The notes: a model not told the origin generated them from the letters alone. 64,000 nt of DNA from an uncultured delta proteobacterium (GCA_963706575.1 CAVPNL010000006.1:544001-608000), one strand, 5' to 3'. Counted from the stretch's first letter, positions 19,472 through 29,932 are shown. Made by a program: numbers and translations.

Positions 19472-20746
19472 TCAATCTCCGGTAGCAGCTCCATGCAGCT
19501 TGATCTCAACTTTGTCGGTCAGGCCTTCGTAGTATCCGCGCAGAATTTCAACGACTTCGTCACGTCCAAAGTGATCCGGCAACGCTTCGCCTTCTGAAAG
19601 CATTTTGCGCAGCATGGTTCCGCTGAGCAGCACGCGATCCCCTTTTTCGTGCGGGCAGGTTCGCAGGGAAGCCATGCCGTCACATTTGTAGCAGTAAAAG
19701 GTCCAGTCGATTTTCAGCGGTGCACACAGCAGCGCTTTGCCTTCTTCTTCCGGGCATGGGATTTTATCAAAGATGGTCTGGGCTTCGAACATTCCGTAAA
19801 AATCACCCACGCCGGCATGGTCGCGGCCGATGATCATGCGGGAACAGCCGTAATTTTGCCGGAAAGTGGCATGCAGCAGGCCTTCGCGGGGTCCGGCGTA
19901 GCGCATGTCGAGCGGATATCCGCCCTGGACGACTTTATCTTCAACGAAATAATTTTTAACCAGTGAATCAATGCATTTGACGCGAACTTCAGCCGGGATA
20001 TCACCCGGTTTCAAATTGCCGACCAAGGAATGAATATACACCCCGTCGCAAACTTCGACGGCAATCTTGCAAAGGTATTCATGTGAACGATGCATGGGAT
20101 TTCTGAGCTGAAGTGCAGCCACTTCGCTCCAGCCGCGGTCTTCAAATATTTTGCGGGATTCTTCCGGTCGCATGTAAACCCCGGCATACTTGGTGGGATA
20201 ATTGCCTTCACTGAGCACCTTGACCGGTCCGGCCAGGCTGATCTCTTTTTGTTCCATGACCATCTGAACGCCCGGATGGTCGTCTTTGGCGATTTTCCAG
20301 AACTCCTCAGCTGTGGCGGTGCCTTCACCCATGTAGACCTTCTCACATTCAAACTTTTTGTCGGCTTCGGTCATTTCAAATTTTTCGGTGACCGTCATGG
20401 TGGCCATGATCTCATCGCCTTTCGGGTCATAAAGCGCAATTTCTTCACCCGCGCCGATGCCTTCCGCATCCTCTTTTGAAGCCGATAAGGTCACGGGGAT
20501 GGGCCAGAAAGTCCCGTCGGCCATCAGAAAGTTTTCACAAACACCTTTCCAATCCGCTTTCGTCATGAAACCGGTCAACGGGCTGAATCCACCGATGCCC
20601 ATCATGATCAAATCGCCCTTTTCACGCGGGGAGACCGGAATTTTTTTAAGGCCTTCAGCTTTTTTCTTTTCCGCTTCCAGCTCGGCGCCTTCAAGCAGGC
20701 AGCAGGTCAGTCCTTTTCCGCCATGAGGGGGAATTAAATTAGCCAT
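19472..20746 (-). CDS. sat: Sulfate adenylyltransferase (dissimilatory ATP sulfurylase)
   Basis: [50 protein letters not shown]. Confidence 0.97.
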   Translation of the reverse strand: MANLIPPHGGKGLTCCLLEGAELEAEKKKAEGLKKIPVSPREKGDLIMMGIGGFSPLTGFMTKADWKGVCENFLMADGTFWPIPVTLSASKEDAEGIGAGEEIALYDPKGDEIMATMTVTEKFEMTEADKKFECEKVYMGEGTATAEEFWKIAKDDHPGVQMVMEQKEISLAGPVKVLSEGNYPTKYAGVYMRPEESRKIFEDRGWSEVAALQLRNPMHRSHEYLCKIAVEVCDGVYIHSLVGNLKPGDIPAEVRVKCIDSLVKNYFVEDKVVQGGYPLDMRYAGPREGLLHATFRQNYGCSRMIIGRDHAGVGDFYGMFEAQTIFDKIPCPEEEGKALLCAPLKIDWTFYCYKCDGMASLRTCPHEKGDRVLLSGTMLRKMLSEGEALPDHFGRDEVVEILRGYYEGLTDKVEIKLHGAATGD

Positions 20747-21034
20747 TTGTTTACCTCTCCTTTCAATCTGGTTTTCTATAATCAAGTCGCCCAAAACGAC
20801 TATTATTCTTTTATATAAAAGGGTAATGATTAGTAAGGATAGCCGCTTTTGTCAAGCGGAATTGCGTTTTTGAAGCAAAGATTTCGCGATAAATTTGGCC
20901 GGTGGTGTTTTTGGGGTTAAGAAGGGCGATTTTGTTAAATTTTTGCTTGATTTGAGTACCGCTTCCGGGTAAATGACAACGGTAATTTCGCGCAAATTTG
21001 AATTTCCGGCCTTTGCGGAATTGGAGCTTTAAAT

Positions 21035-21418
21035 ATGTCAGATATCAAGTTGTCAGATGAACGACGCCAGCAGAAACGATTCAAAGCCGCAGAAGGTGCA
21101 TTTGCAGCCCTGGTTGATCAAGAAAGCAGACTGGGCCAGATTAAGGATATCAGTTCACATGGACTTTCGTTTCGCTACATCGATAGCCATGAGAAGCTCG
21201 TAAACGCCAGTGAGTTAAAAATCATTCTGGGCAATCGGGGTCTTTATCTGGATAAAGTGCCCTTTAAAATAATTTCCGATTTTCAGATAGAAAGCGAGTT
21301 TAGTTTCAGCAGGGTCAGTATGCGCCAAATCGGTCTGGAGTTTGGAGAATTGACACCGGGACAGCGGAACCGGTTGGATCGATTCATTAAGCATCACACG
21401 GTCGGTGAGGCCGAATAG
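21035..21418 (+). CDS. PilZ domain protein (c-di-GMP receptor)
   Basis: ERRQQKRF (RxxxR) and DISSHG (DxSxxG) motifs, GLEF. Confidence 0.85.
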   Translation: MSDIKLSDERRQQKRFKAAEGAFAALVDQESRLGQIKDISSHGLSFRYIDSHEKLVNASELKIILGNRGLYLDKVPFKIISDFQIESEFSFSRVSMRQIGLEFGELTPGQRNRLDRFIKHHTVGEAE

Positions 21419-21466
21419 CTCCCCCCCCCAAGAGGACTCCTTCGATCTCTTAAAAAAATAACGATG

Positions 21467-21494
21467 AAGCCTGGTGATTTCCACCGGGCTTTTT
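21467..21494. terminator. Terminator hairpin between convergent genes
   Basis: AAGCCTGGTG-ATTTC-CACCGGGCTTTTT. Confidence 0.65.
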
Positions 21495-21516
21495 GTGTTT
21501 CTGTGTTCATTGATGG

Positions 21517-21996
21517 TTAAAATGTGAATAAACCCCCAAGGAGCAAAATAATCATCGCCAAAATAACCAGGGCAGCGATGATGATGTTACGCTTTTTGGT
21601 TGGCGACTGTTTTTTAATAGCTTTCTTTGGGGGCATTTTCTCTTCGGTACGAATGGTATGTGTTTTTTCAGCAGAACGGGCGCGAAAAAAACTGGCCGGG
21701 GGAGGGGTATCCGGCGGTTCGAGTTTGGGCCGGGGCCGGTCGGCCATCGGCTGCGGTTCGCGGGTTTGATCATCGAATGGGTCGGCGACAGTTATTTTTT
21801 TTTCAGTTTCCGGGCTTAAATCCGTGGGTTGGTGGCTGTCATGCGGTGGCGGTGAATCCGGTGGTATGGTCAAATAGGCGTCGTCAAGTTGCTGGGAATC
21901 GGCTGCGATTTCAGCCCCGCAATGAGGACAAAAACGGTAGCTCAGAGTTTCCACTTCCGGCAGCGGCTTGCTGCATTGGGGGCAAAAAGGTTCCAT
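21517..21996 (-). CDS. Zinc-ribbon protein with Pro-rich linker and C-terminal TM anchor
   Basis: CPQC...FCPHCG; hydrophobic C-terminus IIIAALVILAMIILLLGG. Confidence 0.75.
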   Translation of the reverse strand: MEPFCPQCSKPLPEVETLSYRFCPHCGAEIAADSQQLDDAYLTIPPDSPPPHDSHQPTDLSPETEKKITVADPFDDQTREPQPMADRPRPKLEPPDTPPPASFFRARSAEKTHTIRTEEKMPPKKAIKKQSPTKKRNIIIAALVILAMIILLLGGLFTF

Positions 21997-22253
21997 ATCT
22001 CACACGGCGTTTGTGCTCGAAAAGGGTTAATCTTAATTCATGGTTTCAGGTTTCAGTCACCGGGTTCAAAGGTTCAACGTTCAATGGTTCAGAGGTTAGA
22101 AAAAAGAAGACAGATGTCAGAGGGCAGATGACAGATGAAAATCGGAAAGTAGGGCAGCCCTCTGCGGCTGCCGAAAACAGCGACCGGCAGCCAGATCCCA
22201 TAACCTTTGAACCTTTGAACCCCTGAACGCTGAACCTCAGAACCTTTGATAGC

Positions 22254-23252
22254 CTACCGATACGTATTCAACCCCACAAAAGTGCCGCCGTTTTCCCGGC
22301 ACAGGACGCGCATTAAAGTGGCAAAACGTTCGCCGGTGTTGCCGCGCGCCTGGGTTTTGGCCATTACCACTGGAAAACCGACGGCATGTATCCGGACGCG
22401 CCGCGAGCCGTCTTTTGTCCGTTTGTTGATGCGATCCACGGTGTCGATGACCGGTTGAATCCGATGCCCGCTGAATTCATCACCAAAAACATACAGACTT
22501 ATTTTCTTATCTGTTGCATAAAATGTTCTGATCGCAGCGGTGATGCCCTCAACCGGGCTGCTGTTGCTGAACGCGCGCCAGGAGCTGAGTCTGGAAATAA
22601 TGGCCCGGCGGCGGGCGGGTGTGTCCGGAATCCATTTGCCCCGGTATTGTGAAAACATATATTCGCCCATATCGTTCATAATTTGAATGCCCTTGACTTT
22701 CGGGTATACATCCAGGGTTTCTCTTAACTTTCTCTGCACCAGAGGCCAGGCGTTGCGCTGCATGCTGCCCGAGGTATCGATAATAAAGATAATGTATTCG
22801 CTGTCTACCGGAATGCCGCCGACGGAGCGATCCATTTTTCGGGGCTGAGTTTTCAGCAGGCGCCGCATCTCTTCGGTTAATTCCTGCATGGCGCGGGCCA
22901 GTTTGCCTTCAATAATATTTTGCACCTGGGCGGTGTCTTTTGAGCCCGCAAACTGGCCTTCAATTTTGGACAGATCTCCCTGCAGTCTTGCCAGCCGGAT
23001 TTTTTCTTCCGACAGTTGCTCATTCTTGGCCGTCAGGTCTCGATTCAGTATGGCGGTTTCGCCCCGGATTTCCACCAGCTCTTCTTCGAGCCGGATTATT
23101 TTGGCTTCCAGATCGACTTTAACTTCTTCGATAATCAACGGTTCGGCGAATTTGGATAATACAAACAGCAGAATCACAGCTCCGAATCCGCAGCAAATGC
23201 AGTCCAGAAACGATAGGCTGAATATTTGTATGTCTCTTCGGCGCTTTCTCAT
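22254..23252 (-). CDS. TM(Asp)-coiled-coil-vWA protein
   Basis: N-terminal FSLSFLDCICCGFGAVILLF, heptad-rich stalk, MIDAS IIDTSGSM. Confidence 0.85.
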   Translation of the reverse strand: MRKRRRDIQIFSLSFLDCICCGFGAVILLFVLSKFAEPLIIEEVKVDLEAKIIRLEEELVEIRGETAILNRDLTAKNEQLSEEKIRLARLQGDLSKIEGQFAGSKDTAQVQNIIEGKLARAMQELTEEMRRLLKTQPRKMDRSVGGIPVDSEYIIFIIDTSGSMQRNAWPLVQRKLRETLDVYPKVKGIQIMNDMGEYMFSQYRGKWIPDTPARRRAIISRLSSWRAFSNSSPVEGITAAIRTFYATDKKISLYVFGDEFSGHRIQPVIDTVDRINKRTKDGSRRVRIHAVGFPVVMAKTQARGNTGERFATLMRVLCRENGGTFVGLNTYR

Positions 23253-23324
23253 TATCTTAGCAACACGATCTCAACAAACATTTGGCCAATACTGTTACAT
23301 CCACACGCGGTCCCCAGCAGCCGG

Positions 23325-23448
23325 ATTTAGGAGCGCTATCGCTTGAGGAGCGCTGCGCTTTAAGATCAGAATCGTCTCAACCTTAAGTTCCAAAGGAACG
23401 CTCCTCGAGGCTCAGAGAGCCGCTCATAGAAGCCCGCAGGGCTGCTCA
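23325..23448. repeat. GAGC 9-mer/hairpin convergent array (second copy)
   Basis: TTTAGGAGC-GCTATCGC-TTGAGGAGC-GCTGCGC ... inverted units shared with 9175-9302 and 51288-51355. Confidence 0.7.
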
Positions 23449-23505
23449 TTTTTACTTTGCCATAGGCAATAAAACCGCAATCCAAAATCCGAAATCCAAA
23501 ATCCT

Positions 23506-24594
23506 CTATGGCCAATCCTTCGAAGGCGCAAAAAAAGAACCGCGGGTGCTTTTTGCCAGACGCCAGTAAGCATCGGCGGCCAGCGGGTCGCCTTCCATGG
23601 GATATAAAATAATATTGACCGGTGCGCCCGGAAGCTTGCCGATGGCATCATTAAACAGGCTTAGGCGTTTTTTACCGGACACCCGTTTGCGCCAGGGCTT
23701 GCTTGACCCCATGGTCGGCAGACCGTCCGTCAGCAAAAAAATATTGTCCGGTGCGGGCTTCATCGCAAGCATGGCGGTGATTGCGTTTAAAAGGCTGGTG
23801 CCTTTTTCCGGAACGACGCTGCGGATTTGATCTGCGGACTGGTTGAGTTGATCCACATTACCGGCATCCAGCCAGGTTCCCTGGGTGTTTTTGAGTAAAG
23901 GGGCGGCAGCTTCGTTAAAGGCATATATCTGGAATTGGCTTGTTAGTGGAAGCTGGGTGCTCAACCAGTTAACAGTGGCAACGACCTGCTGCCATTTGCT
24001 GGATTTTATTTTTTCTTTAGCGCTGAGGTTACGCCGCCGAATAATTCCAACGACCGTCTCATCGAGCATGCTGGCGGAGGCATCCACCAGAATAAATATG
24101 CGCCGGCCGCCCATCTTTAAATCGGTTAAATACTGACGGTCCCCATGTCCGGGGAATTTTTGCAGCCGGCTGCCCATGTCGTCCTGGGTCTTGGCACCGG
24201 CTCTCAGTCGCTTGAGTTCTTCTTCCAAAGATTTCAGATCGGCCTTTAATTTGTTGACATGTGTCTTGGTGGCCAGAGTATCATCTTGTCTGTCGGCCAG
24301 CTCGATCTTCTTTTGTTCAAGAATATCTATGATTCTGCGAGATAGACCTTGTGTGCGGACCAGAGTCGTTTCTGTGTGTTCGATGGCATTGCGGGCCTGG
24401 ATTAAATCTTTTTTTCCTTCCAGGACTTCATGCTCCATGCGATCCACCTCAGCTCGAAAATCCGAGGTAATCGAGTCGCGCTGGGCGGCACTCTTGGCAT
24501 TTACCAGCACAAACAAAAGGATGATCGCCCCCAACCCGCAGGTAATAATATCCAGAAAGGATAAGTTGAACACATTGACCGATCTACGTTTCAT
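23506..24594 (-). CDS. TM(Asp)-coiled-coil-vWA protein (paralog)
   Basis: MKRRSVNVFNLSFLDIITCGLGAIILLF; MIDAS DASAS...GTS...LLTDG; start overlaps the stop of the upstream gene. Confidence 0.85.
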   Translation of the reverse strand: MKRRSVNVFNLSFLDIITCGLGAIILLFVLVNAKSAAQRDSITSDFRAEVDRMEHEVLEGKKDLIQARNAIEHTETTLVRTQGLSRRIIDILEQKKIELADRQDDTLATKTHVNKLKADLKSLEEELKRLRAGAKTQDDMGSRLQKFPGHGDRQYLTDLKMGGRRIFILVDASASMLDETVVGIIRRRNLSAKEKIKSSKWQQVVATVNWLSTQLPLTSQFQIYAFNEAAAPLLKNTQGTWLDAGNVDQLNQSADQIRSVVPEKGTSLLNAITAMLAMKPAPDNIFLLTDGLPTMGSSKPWRKRVSGKKRLSLFNDAIGKLPGAPVNIILYPMEGDPLAADAYWRLAKSTRGSFFAPSKDWP

Positions 24595-26005
24595 CAGCTT
24601 CGCTATCCAGACACGCAATGAGGTTAAAAATCTCACCCGGTGTTCCCACCCGGACCTTTTGCCCCAGCAATAAATTGGTTTGCCCTTTTACCGGATTTTC
24701 ATCCACGAAAGTACCGTAGGTGCTGTGGTCGTTTAGAACAACCTGGTTTCCCCGCAATTGGATAATGCAGTGTTTTCTGGAAACCCCGGCGATCTTCCCC
24801 TGAATTTGGATGCCCGATTCACCGGCAACCTTTTCCAGGCCAATGATTAAGGGCTTTTTCGTTATGGGATACGCCAGATGGCGATATAGGATGTGGGTGG
24901 GTTGTTGTTGTCCCTCGGCGGCTTTTCGGGGTTCTTCATATGATATGGAACCATCATTCGGCAGCGGGCGTGAGGTCAGGAAAGGCGCGCTGCTCCCGGC
25001 CTGCTGTTCAAACAGCGGACCGGTGAATTTCAGGATTCCCAGTGCACCGGCGCCGGGTTGCAGTTCAATGATACTGCAATTTTCGATTCCAGCCATCATT
25101 TCTTTTATGCCGGGTAAACGGGCAATCCGATCTGTGAGCATCAAAACCGGTCCGGCTCCCGCCTTTCCATGACGCTCATAAACGCGGCTAACAAGACGAC
25201 GCATTTGCTCAAACACGGGCGCCCCTATTTTGAAAAAAAGATCGCGCCTCAACGTTACGTGATATACTTTGGATCCGCCCGTCATTTCAAAATAGACGTC
25301 GGAATCCCTGCAAAGCTGTCTCAAAATACCGGGCAGGCGGTCATAGAGCTCCTGTTCGGTGGCGGCCTGGTGCAACGGGTCAAACCGGGTGCTGCGCACA
25401 AATTCTTCTGCAATGGCATCCACCCATCTTCGATATAATTTACTGAGGCCAGTTCCTTCTGACGATATCGAATTTTTTCGGTTTAACTGATCCGCCCGCT
25501 CAAGGCGGGTAACTTCAAAGCGGTGCAAATGCAAATCCAGGTGCAATAACAGTCCTTCTGGCAGTCGCTGCGGAACCGCTGCGACTGCCAGGGGAACAAA
25601 ACCTTTTACCGGCATGCCCAGCTCCTGGGCGATCCCTAAAATAAAGCCTAAATGCTCCCGGGTATAAAAACCCGGAACGCCAATAACCATTTCCCTTCCT
25701 TGATGCTTTACGGTCTGCCAGATGCGGGCAAAATGCGCGAATGCGATTTCAGCGTGATTCTGCGCAAACGGATTGGGTTGTTCTAAGGGTTCGATATTCA
25801 ATTGGTCCCAGAATTTATTTAGCGTCTGCCGGGGATACAGGTGCGCTTTTCTTTCAGCAGCTACGCCGACAATTAACCCCTGTTTTTCTGCTAAGGCAAA
25901 TCCGGGGCTCTCAACGCTGTTTCCGTCAACCTTCAGCAATCCGGCCGGTTCGGCTCCGGCGACCAGGATACCGGCGTCACTGAGTTCAAGGCCTAATAAA
26001 CTCAT
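24584..26005 (-). CDS. Hsp70/actin-fold-like domain fused to C-terminal FHA domain
   Basis: LGLELSDAG, VIGVPGFY...IAQELGM, LLHLDL align by eye to DnaK NBD motifs; C-terminal VSRKHC...DHSTYGTFVD FHA motif. Confidence 0.7.
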   Translation of the reverse strand: MSLLGLELSDAGILVAGAEPAGLLKVDGNSVESPGFALAEKQGLIVGVAAERKAHLYPRQTLNKFWDQLNIEPLEQPNPFAQNHAEIAFAHFARIWQTVKHQGREMVIGVPGFYTREHLGFILGIAQELGMPVKGFVPLAVAAVPQRLPEGLLLHLDLHLHRFEVTRLERADQLNRKNSISSEGTGLSKLYRRWVDAIAEEFVRSTRFDPLHQAATEQELYDRLPGILRQLCRDSDVYFEMTGGSKVYHVTLRRDLFFKIGAPVFEQMRRLVSRVYERHGKAGAGPVLMLTDRIARLPGIKEMMAGIENCSIIELQPGAGALGILKFTGPLFEQQAGSSAPFLTSRPLPNDGSISYEEPRKAAEGQQQPTHILYRHLAYPITKKPLIIGLEKVAGESGIQIQGKIAGVSRKHCIIQLRGNQVVLNDHSTYGTFVDENPVKGQTNLLLGQKVRVGTPGEIFNLIACLDSEADET

Positions 26006-26086
26006 ACAACCACCCTTTCTAATGATGGCTCAAAATCCGAAGATTTGTTTAATCCGCAATCCGCAATCTAAAATCCAAAATCGGGA

Positions 26087-26890
26087 TCATTTTGTATACA
26101 AATGACTGATCAGATTTTCATCACAGTAAGTTTCCGCATCCAGCACGTAGTGCTCCTGCAGCTGTTGCAATTGATGCAAAAGAAACATCAGTCCAATACT
26201 GATTAACAGTGCGATCAACGTTGAATTAAATGCGACACCCAGGCTGCGGGTAACGTCAAAGATGTCGCCTTCAATGGCTTTATGCGCCTGGCCCAGCGCA
26301 TCTCCGATCCCCCGAACCGTACCGATAAACCCGATTGATGGGATGGCCCAGGCGATATAACGTATCATAGATAATTCAGACTCAAGTCTTTCAGCTTCTG
26401 AATCGCAGTAGGCATGTGTGGCGCTGGCAACATCCTGGATGTTGCGCGTTGTGCTGAACCGCTGCAAGCCTGCCAGCAATGCCCTGGGAAGCAGCGCCTC
26501 GCGTTGTTGTGCGGGCAGGGCCTGAATCTGCCGGGATACATCCCGGGTGTCTTCGGGCAGGATGCGCTCGCCTTCAGCCAACGGAATCAAGTCCATCTGC
26601 AGCAAGGCCCTTTGCCGCGAGGTTTTAAAGGCTTTATACCCCATGATGGCAATTGCCCAGAACATCAGAATAAAACAGGCTTCCTGTTCATAATCACGGA
26701 TTAACACGAAAACAGAGCGTTCCGTTACCTGGGCTTTGTTTTCTGCCATCTGAATGGCCTGCTGTGCCAAAATGGCGTCCGCCCTGGGCCGAATCATGGC
26801 CACATAAATGGCATGTACAATAATCACGATGATGATCAACGCAAACACCTGGTAAAGGAACTCGAAAGAAAAGGGAAAACTTTTTTTCAT
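26087..26890 (-). CDS. MotA/TolQ/ExbB proton-channel family protein
   Basis: AIPSIGFIGTVRGI and LGVAFNSTLIAL TM signature. Confidence 0.9.
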   Translation of the reverse strand: MKKSFPFSFEFLYQVFALIIIVIIVHAIYVAMIRPRADAILAQQAIQMAENKAQVTERSVFVLIRDYEQEACFILMFWAIAIMGYKAFKTSRQRALLQMDLIPLAEGERILPEDTRDVSRQIQALPAQQREALLPRALLAGLQRFSTTRNIQDVASATHAYCDSEAERLESELSMIRYIAWAIPSIGFIGTVRGIGDALGQAHKAIEGDIFDVTRSLGVAFNSTLIALLISIGLMFLLHQLQQLQEHYVLDAETYCDENLISHLYTK

Positions 26891-27018
26891 TAGAACCTCT
26901 TGTCTTCGGCTTTTTAATAGCAAAATGTACCTTGGTGATTGTAGGGACAAGTGCCTAAAATGCCTAAAATGATCTAAATTGACTAAAGTTAAGGATGTTA
27001 TCTTTTTCTATTTGAAAA

Positions 27019-27471
27019 CTAAATGTCGTATGGAAAATCGACCGCCTGTTCCGCTTCAATTTTTTCCGAAGGTTGAAAATCTTTTAACGGTTTTTTGACA
27101 GCGGTTGATTCTTTCTCTTCATCGGTTTTAGATTCGGGTTCTGTGCTCATCGGCGACGGTGTCTTTTTTTCATCGGTCGCCGTCTGGGTCTCGTTCTGCG
27201 CAACAGTTACCCGAGATGGATTAGAAATGGTTTCAAAACCCCATCTAAGGCCCAATGGCTGCGTTGCAGGCCTCCGATAAATGCTCACATACCCATGTAT
27301 GCTGCGCTTTCTCGATCGGCCTGCGCCTTGCCCTTGAACCTGATCTGAGATTTTGAAACCACTTCTATATGTATCCGCCCGAACATCCCATTTTACAATA
27401 ACCAGAAAGCCCAGCAGTGCAACACCGATTATTGCCAACTTTTTGAATCCTGCCAATGTTTTCACGATCAT
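27019..27471 (-). CDS. Hypothetical single-TM/secreted protein with C-terminal FQPSEKIEAEQAVDFPYDI motif
   Basis: Hydrophobic N-terminus, low-complexity linker, located within the operon; start may instead be 27492. Confidence 0.65.
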   Translation of the reverse strand: MIVKTLAGFKKLAIIGVALLGFLVIVKWDVRADTYRSGFKISDQVQGQGAGRSRKRSIHGYVSIYRRPATQPLGLRWGFETISNPSRVTVAQNETQTATDEKKTPSPMSTEPESKTDEEKESTAVKKPLKDFQPSEKIEAEQAVDFPYDI

Positions 27472-27493
27472 AATTACGCCCCGCAGCTCCATC

Positions 27494-29932
27494 TCATTTG
27501 ACGTAGCGACATACACGAAACCCAAGATCCGGTCGTTTGGCGTCGCTGTAATCCCGATACGCCAGCCTTAATTTGCTCATGCCGGCATATTTCCAGCTGG
27601 CACCTTTAACCACATGATGCTTTCCATCGGGAGGTCCGGCTGGATCGATATCGGCTTTATTGGTATTATAGGTATAAATTGTATAAAAGTCATGGCACCA
27701 TTCCGCGACGTTGCCGCCCAGGTTATATAACCCCAGATCATTGGTCTTAAATTTTGCCGCCGGCGCCGTGACCGGGTAGCCATCGCTGTAATTTTCAATA
27801 TAAGCCGGCAACAGTTTTTGGGCCGACGTATCGGCATAATTTCCGGAAGGCGAAGTCGGCGGAAACTGATTCCCCCAGGGGTATTTGAGAGCGCTTTGAT
27901 TTCTTGTGAATCGGGCGCAATATTCCCATTCGGCCTCGGTAGGCAACCGATATCCCGTACCGATGGGCTCAGCAGCGACCAGGCGGCCGCCCTTTTTAAC
28001 ATAGGCGGGTGGCAAAGATTCCTTGGCGCTGAGCCAGTTACAGAACAACGCCGCCTGCTCCCATGTCACCTGAACCACGGGCTGATCGTCCTGTGACAAA
28101 CGCTGTCCTTTGAAGGTACCGGAATTGTGACTGGACAAAAATTGTTTAAATTCTTTATTGGTTACTTCCCATTTGCCCATATAAAACGGTCGTTGCAGAA
28201 TAATTTTTCGAAGTGTTTCGTTGGTGCGGCGGCCTTGTTCCCGGCGCGAAGAGCCCATGGTAAAAGGTTCGGGGCGGACGAGTTTCAGCGCATATCCATT
28301 TTGAGCTGTGATAACACCAGCAGGACCGGTGGGGTCGGATTTCAGACGGCTTAACGTAATTTTGATTTCTTGCGGAAATCCGGGGCGCGGGGTGACGCGG
28401 GTTCCATAGGGCTCATATCCTTTTTTTATAATTTCCAACTGGTGGCTGACCGCCACCAGCTTTAATTCCGGCGGAACTTTCCCCTGATTTTTTCCGTTTA
28501 AAACGAGCTGGGCATCGGCCGGCACAACTTGGAAGCGAATAACCCCCATTCTCGGTTTCAAATCCACAGCCAGATTTTTCATCTTGCCGGTAGCCACCTG
28601 AACCCGGCGAGATTCGTTTTCATAACCGGCCTTGGAAATTCGAATTTCATGTTCGGTATTTGCGGACAGCTTGACCTTTAAAGGTGTTTTACCGACAAAT
28701 TTTTCGTCGATGGTTATATTGGCGCCGGCAGGCTGAGTTTGCAGGGCCAGGGTACCGTCGTCCGGCTGAAGCCGGATATCTTTTATGGATTGGGGTTGAT
28801 TCGGCGCCACTGCCAGCTGAGTCTGCCAGGTTTTAAATCCCTCAGCACTGATTTGCAGCCGGTAGTTTCCTTGCGGCAATTCAATTGTCAAAGGGGTATT
28901 GCCTGCCGCTTTTCCGTCAATGGATATAAAAGCCCCTTCTGGAATCGAACTGATAAACACATCAGACCAGCCGGGGACAAGCGCAAAATCAAAGGATTGT
29001 TCTTCCGGACAACCGGCGATTTGCACTTCTGTTTTGATGTCCTGGTAATTATCCATTTGAATTTCTAAAATCCGTTGGCCGGCTTTTACTTCAAGGTCTG
29101 AAACGGGTGTGATACCGACTTCCGATCCATCAATGATGACCCGGGCGCCGTTGACAAAGGCCGTCGGATCACCGGCTTGATGAGCCTGTAAAGAAATGCG
29201 TCCGGGGAGTCTTTCCATTTGAAATCGGAGCGTCTGGCTTTTGTCTGTCCCCACCTCAAAGGGCTGTTGTAATGCAAAATAGCAGTCTTTAGAGGCATGC
29301 AGCGTATACGTTCCGGGCCGCAGTAGAAAATGCCCGCCAAATCTGGGGGCAATCAGGCTGCCGCCAATGGAAATTTGATCCGGCTGGGGCTCAATCTGGA
29401 TCATGATTTGCCTGGCAGTAAAGACAAACCAGGCGGCGATAATCAGCAAAAGGAAACTGAGTCCAATTGTTAATCCGATGAATCGCCGATAGCGGCGGAT
29501 TGAACCCGCAGCAGGTCCTCGCCGTTGCGGCCGAAAGGACAGGGGCTTGATTTTTAATGCCGCATCCTCGCCGGTGACAGTCGGCGTCCTATCCGTATCG
29601 GCTGCTGTTTGGCGGGAGACGACTTCGATGATAAATTGGCTGCCTTCAACCTTAAAATTAATTTTGCAGGAGCCGATTTCAAGCAGATCTGCATGCATCA
29701 ACCAGGCGGAACCATCCAATTTTCGGTGATTATGTTGCACCGCAACATCAGATTGGCCGACTTGCACAAAAGGCCGCTTTTGCGACAAGCCGATATAGGC
29801 AACTTCCGTTTCGGTTTTGAGATCGCGGATCCGGATGTTTGCCGTCGGACCGGCTCCGATAATAATCGGAAAGCCTTCTTCAGCCACGCTGCGTTCACCG
29901 CTGTCATCTCGGATTTTATAGCGGATTTTCAA
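27494..29932 (-). CDS. FHA-like + TM + multi-PEGA + FGE-sulfatase(SUMF1)-fold protein
   Basis: Repeated SxPxGA.I.IDG...G.TP PEGA units; FTMGS, EVTN, PVVQVTWEQA..FCNWLS, YRLPTEAEWEY, GNVAEWC, GFRV. Confidence 0.88.
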   Translation of the reverse strand: MKIRYKIRDDSGERSVAEEGFPIIIGAGPTANIRIRDLKTETEVAYIGLSQKRPFVQVGQSDVAVQHNHRKLDGSAWLMHADLLEIGSCKINFKVEGSQFIIEVVSRQTAADTDRTPTVTGEDAALKIKPLSFRPQRRGPAAGSIRRYRRFIGLTIGLSFLLLIIAAWFVFTARQIMIQIEPQPDQISIGGSLIAPRFGGHFLLRPGTYTLHASKDCYFALQQPFEVGTDKSQTLRFQMERLPGRISLQAHQAGDPTAFVNGARVIIDGSEVGITPVSDLEVKAGQRILEIQMDNYQDIKTEVQIAGCPEEQSFDFALVPGWSDVFISSIPEGAFISIDGKAAGNTPLTIELPQGNYRLQISAEGFKTWQTQLAVAPNQPQSIKDIRLQPDDGTLALQTQPAGANITIDEKFVGKTPLKVKLSANTEHEIRISKAGYENESRRVQVATGKMKNLAVDLKPRMGVIRFQVVPADAQLVLNGKNQGKVPPELKLVAVSHQLEIIKKGYEPYGTRVTPRPGFPQEIKITLSRLKSDPTGPAGVITAQNGYALKLVRPEPFTMGSSRREQGRRTNETLRKIILQRPFYMGKWEVTNKEFKQFLSSHNSGTFKGQRLSQDDQPVVQVTWEQAALFCNWLSAKESLPPAYVKKGGRLVAAEPIGTGYRLPTEAEWEYCARFTRNQSALKYPWGNQFPPTSPSGNYADTSAQKLLPAYIENYSDGYPVTAPAAKFKTNDLGLYNLGGNVAEWCHDFYTIYTYNTNKADIDPAGPPDGKHHVVKGASWKYAGMSKLRLAYRDYSDAKRPDLGFRVCRYVK

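Noticed and set aside
22254..26890. Zorya anti-phage system or standard TonB-ExbBD/Tol-Pal
   Set aside because: No OmpA-type ZorB, no long ZorA tail, no ZorC/D/E, and no TonB/TolA/TolB/Pal or receptor genes.
27494..27620. FGE/C-type-lectin-fold C-terminus as a diversity-generating retroelement target
   Set aside because: No reverse transcriptase or template repeat was seen in the window.
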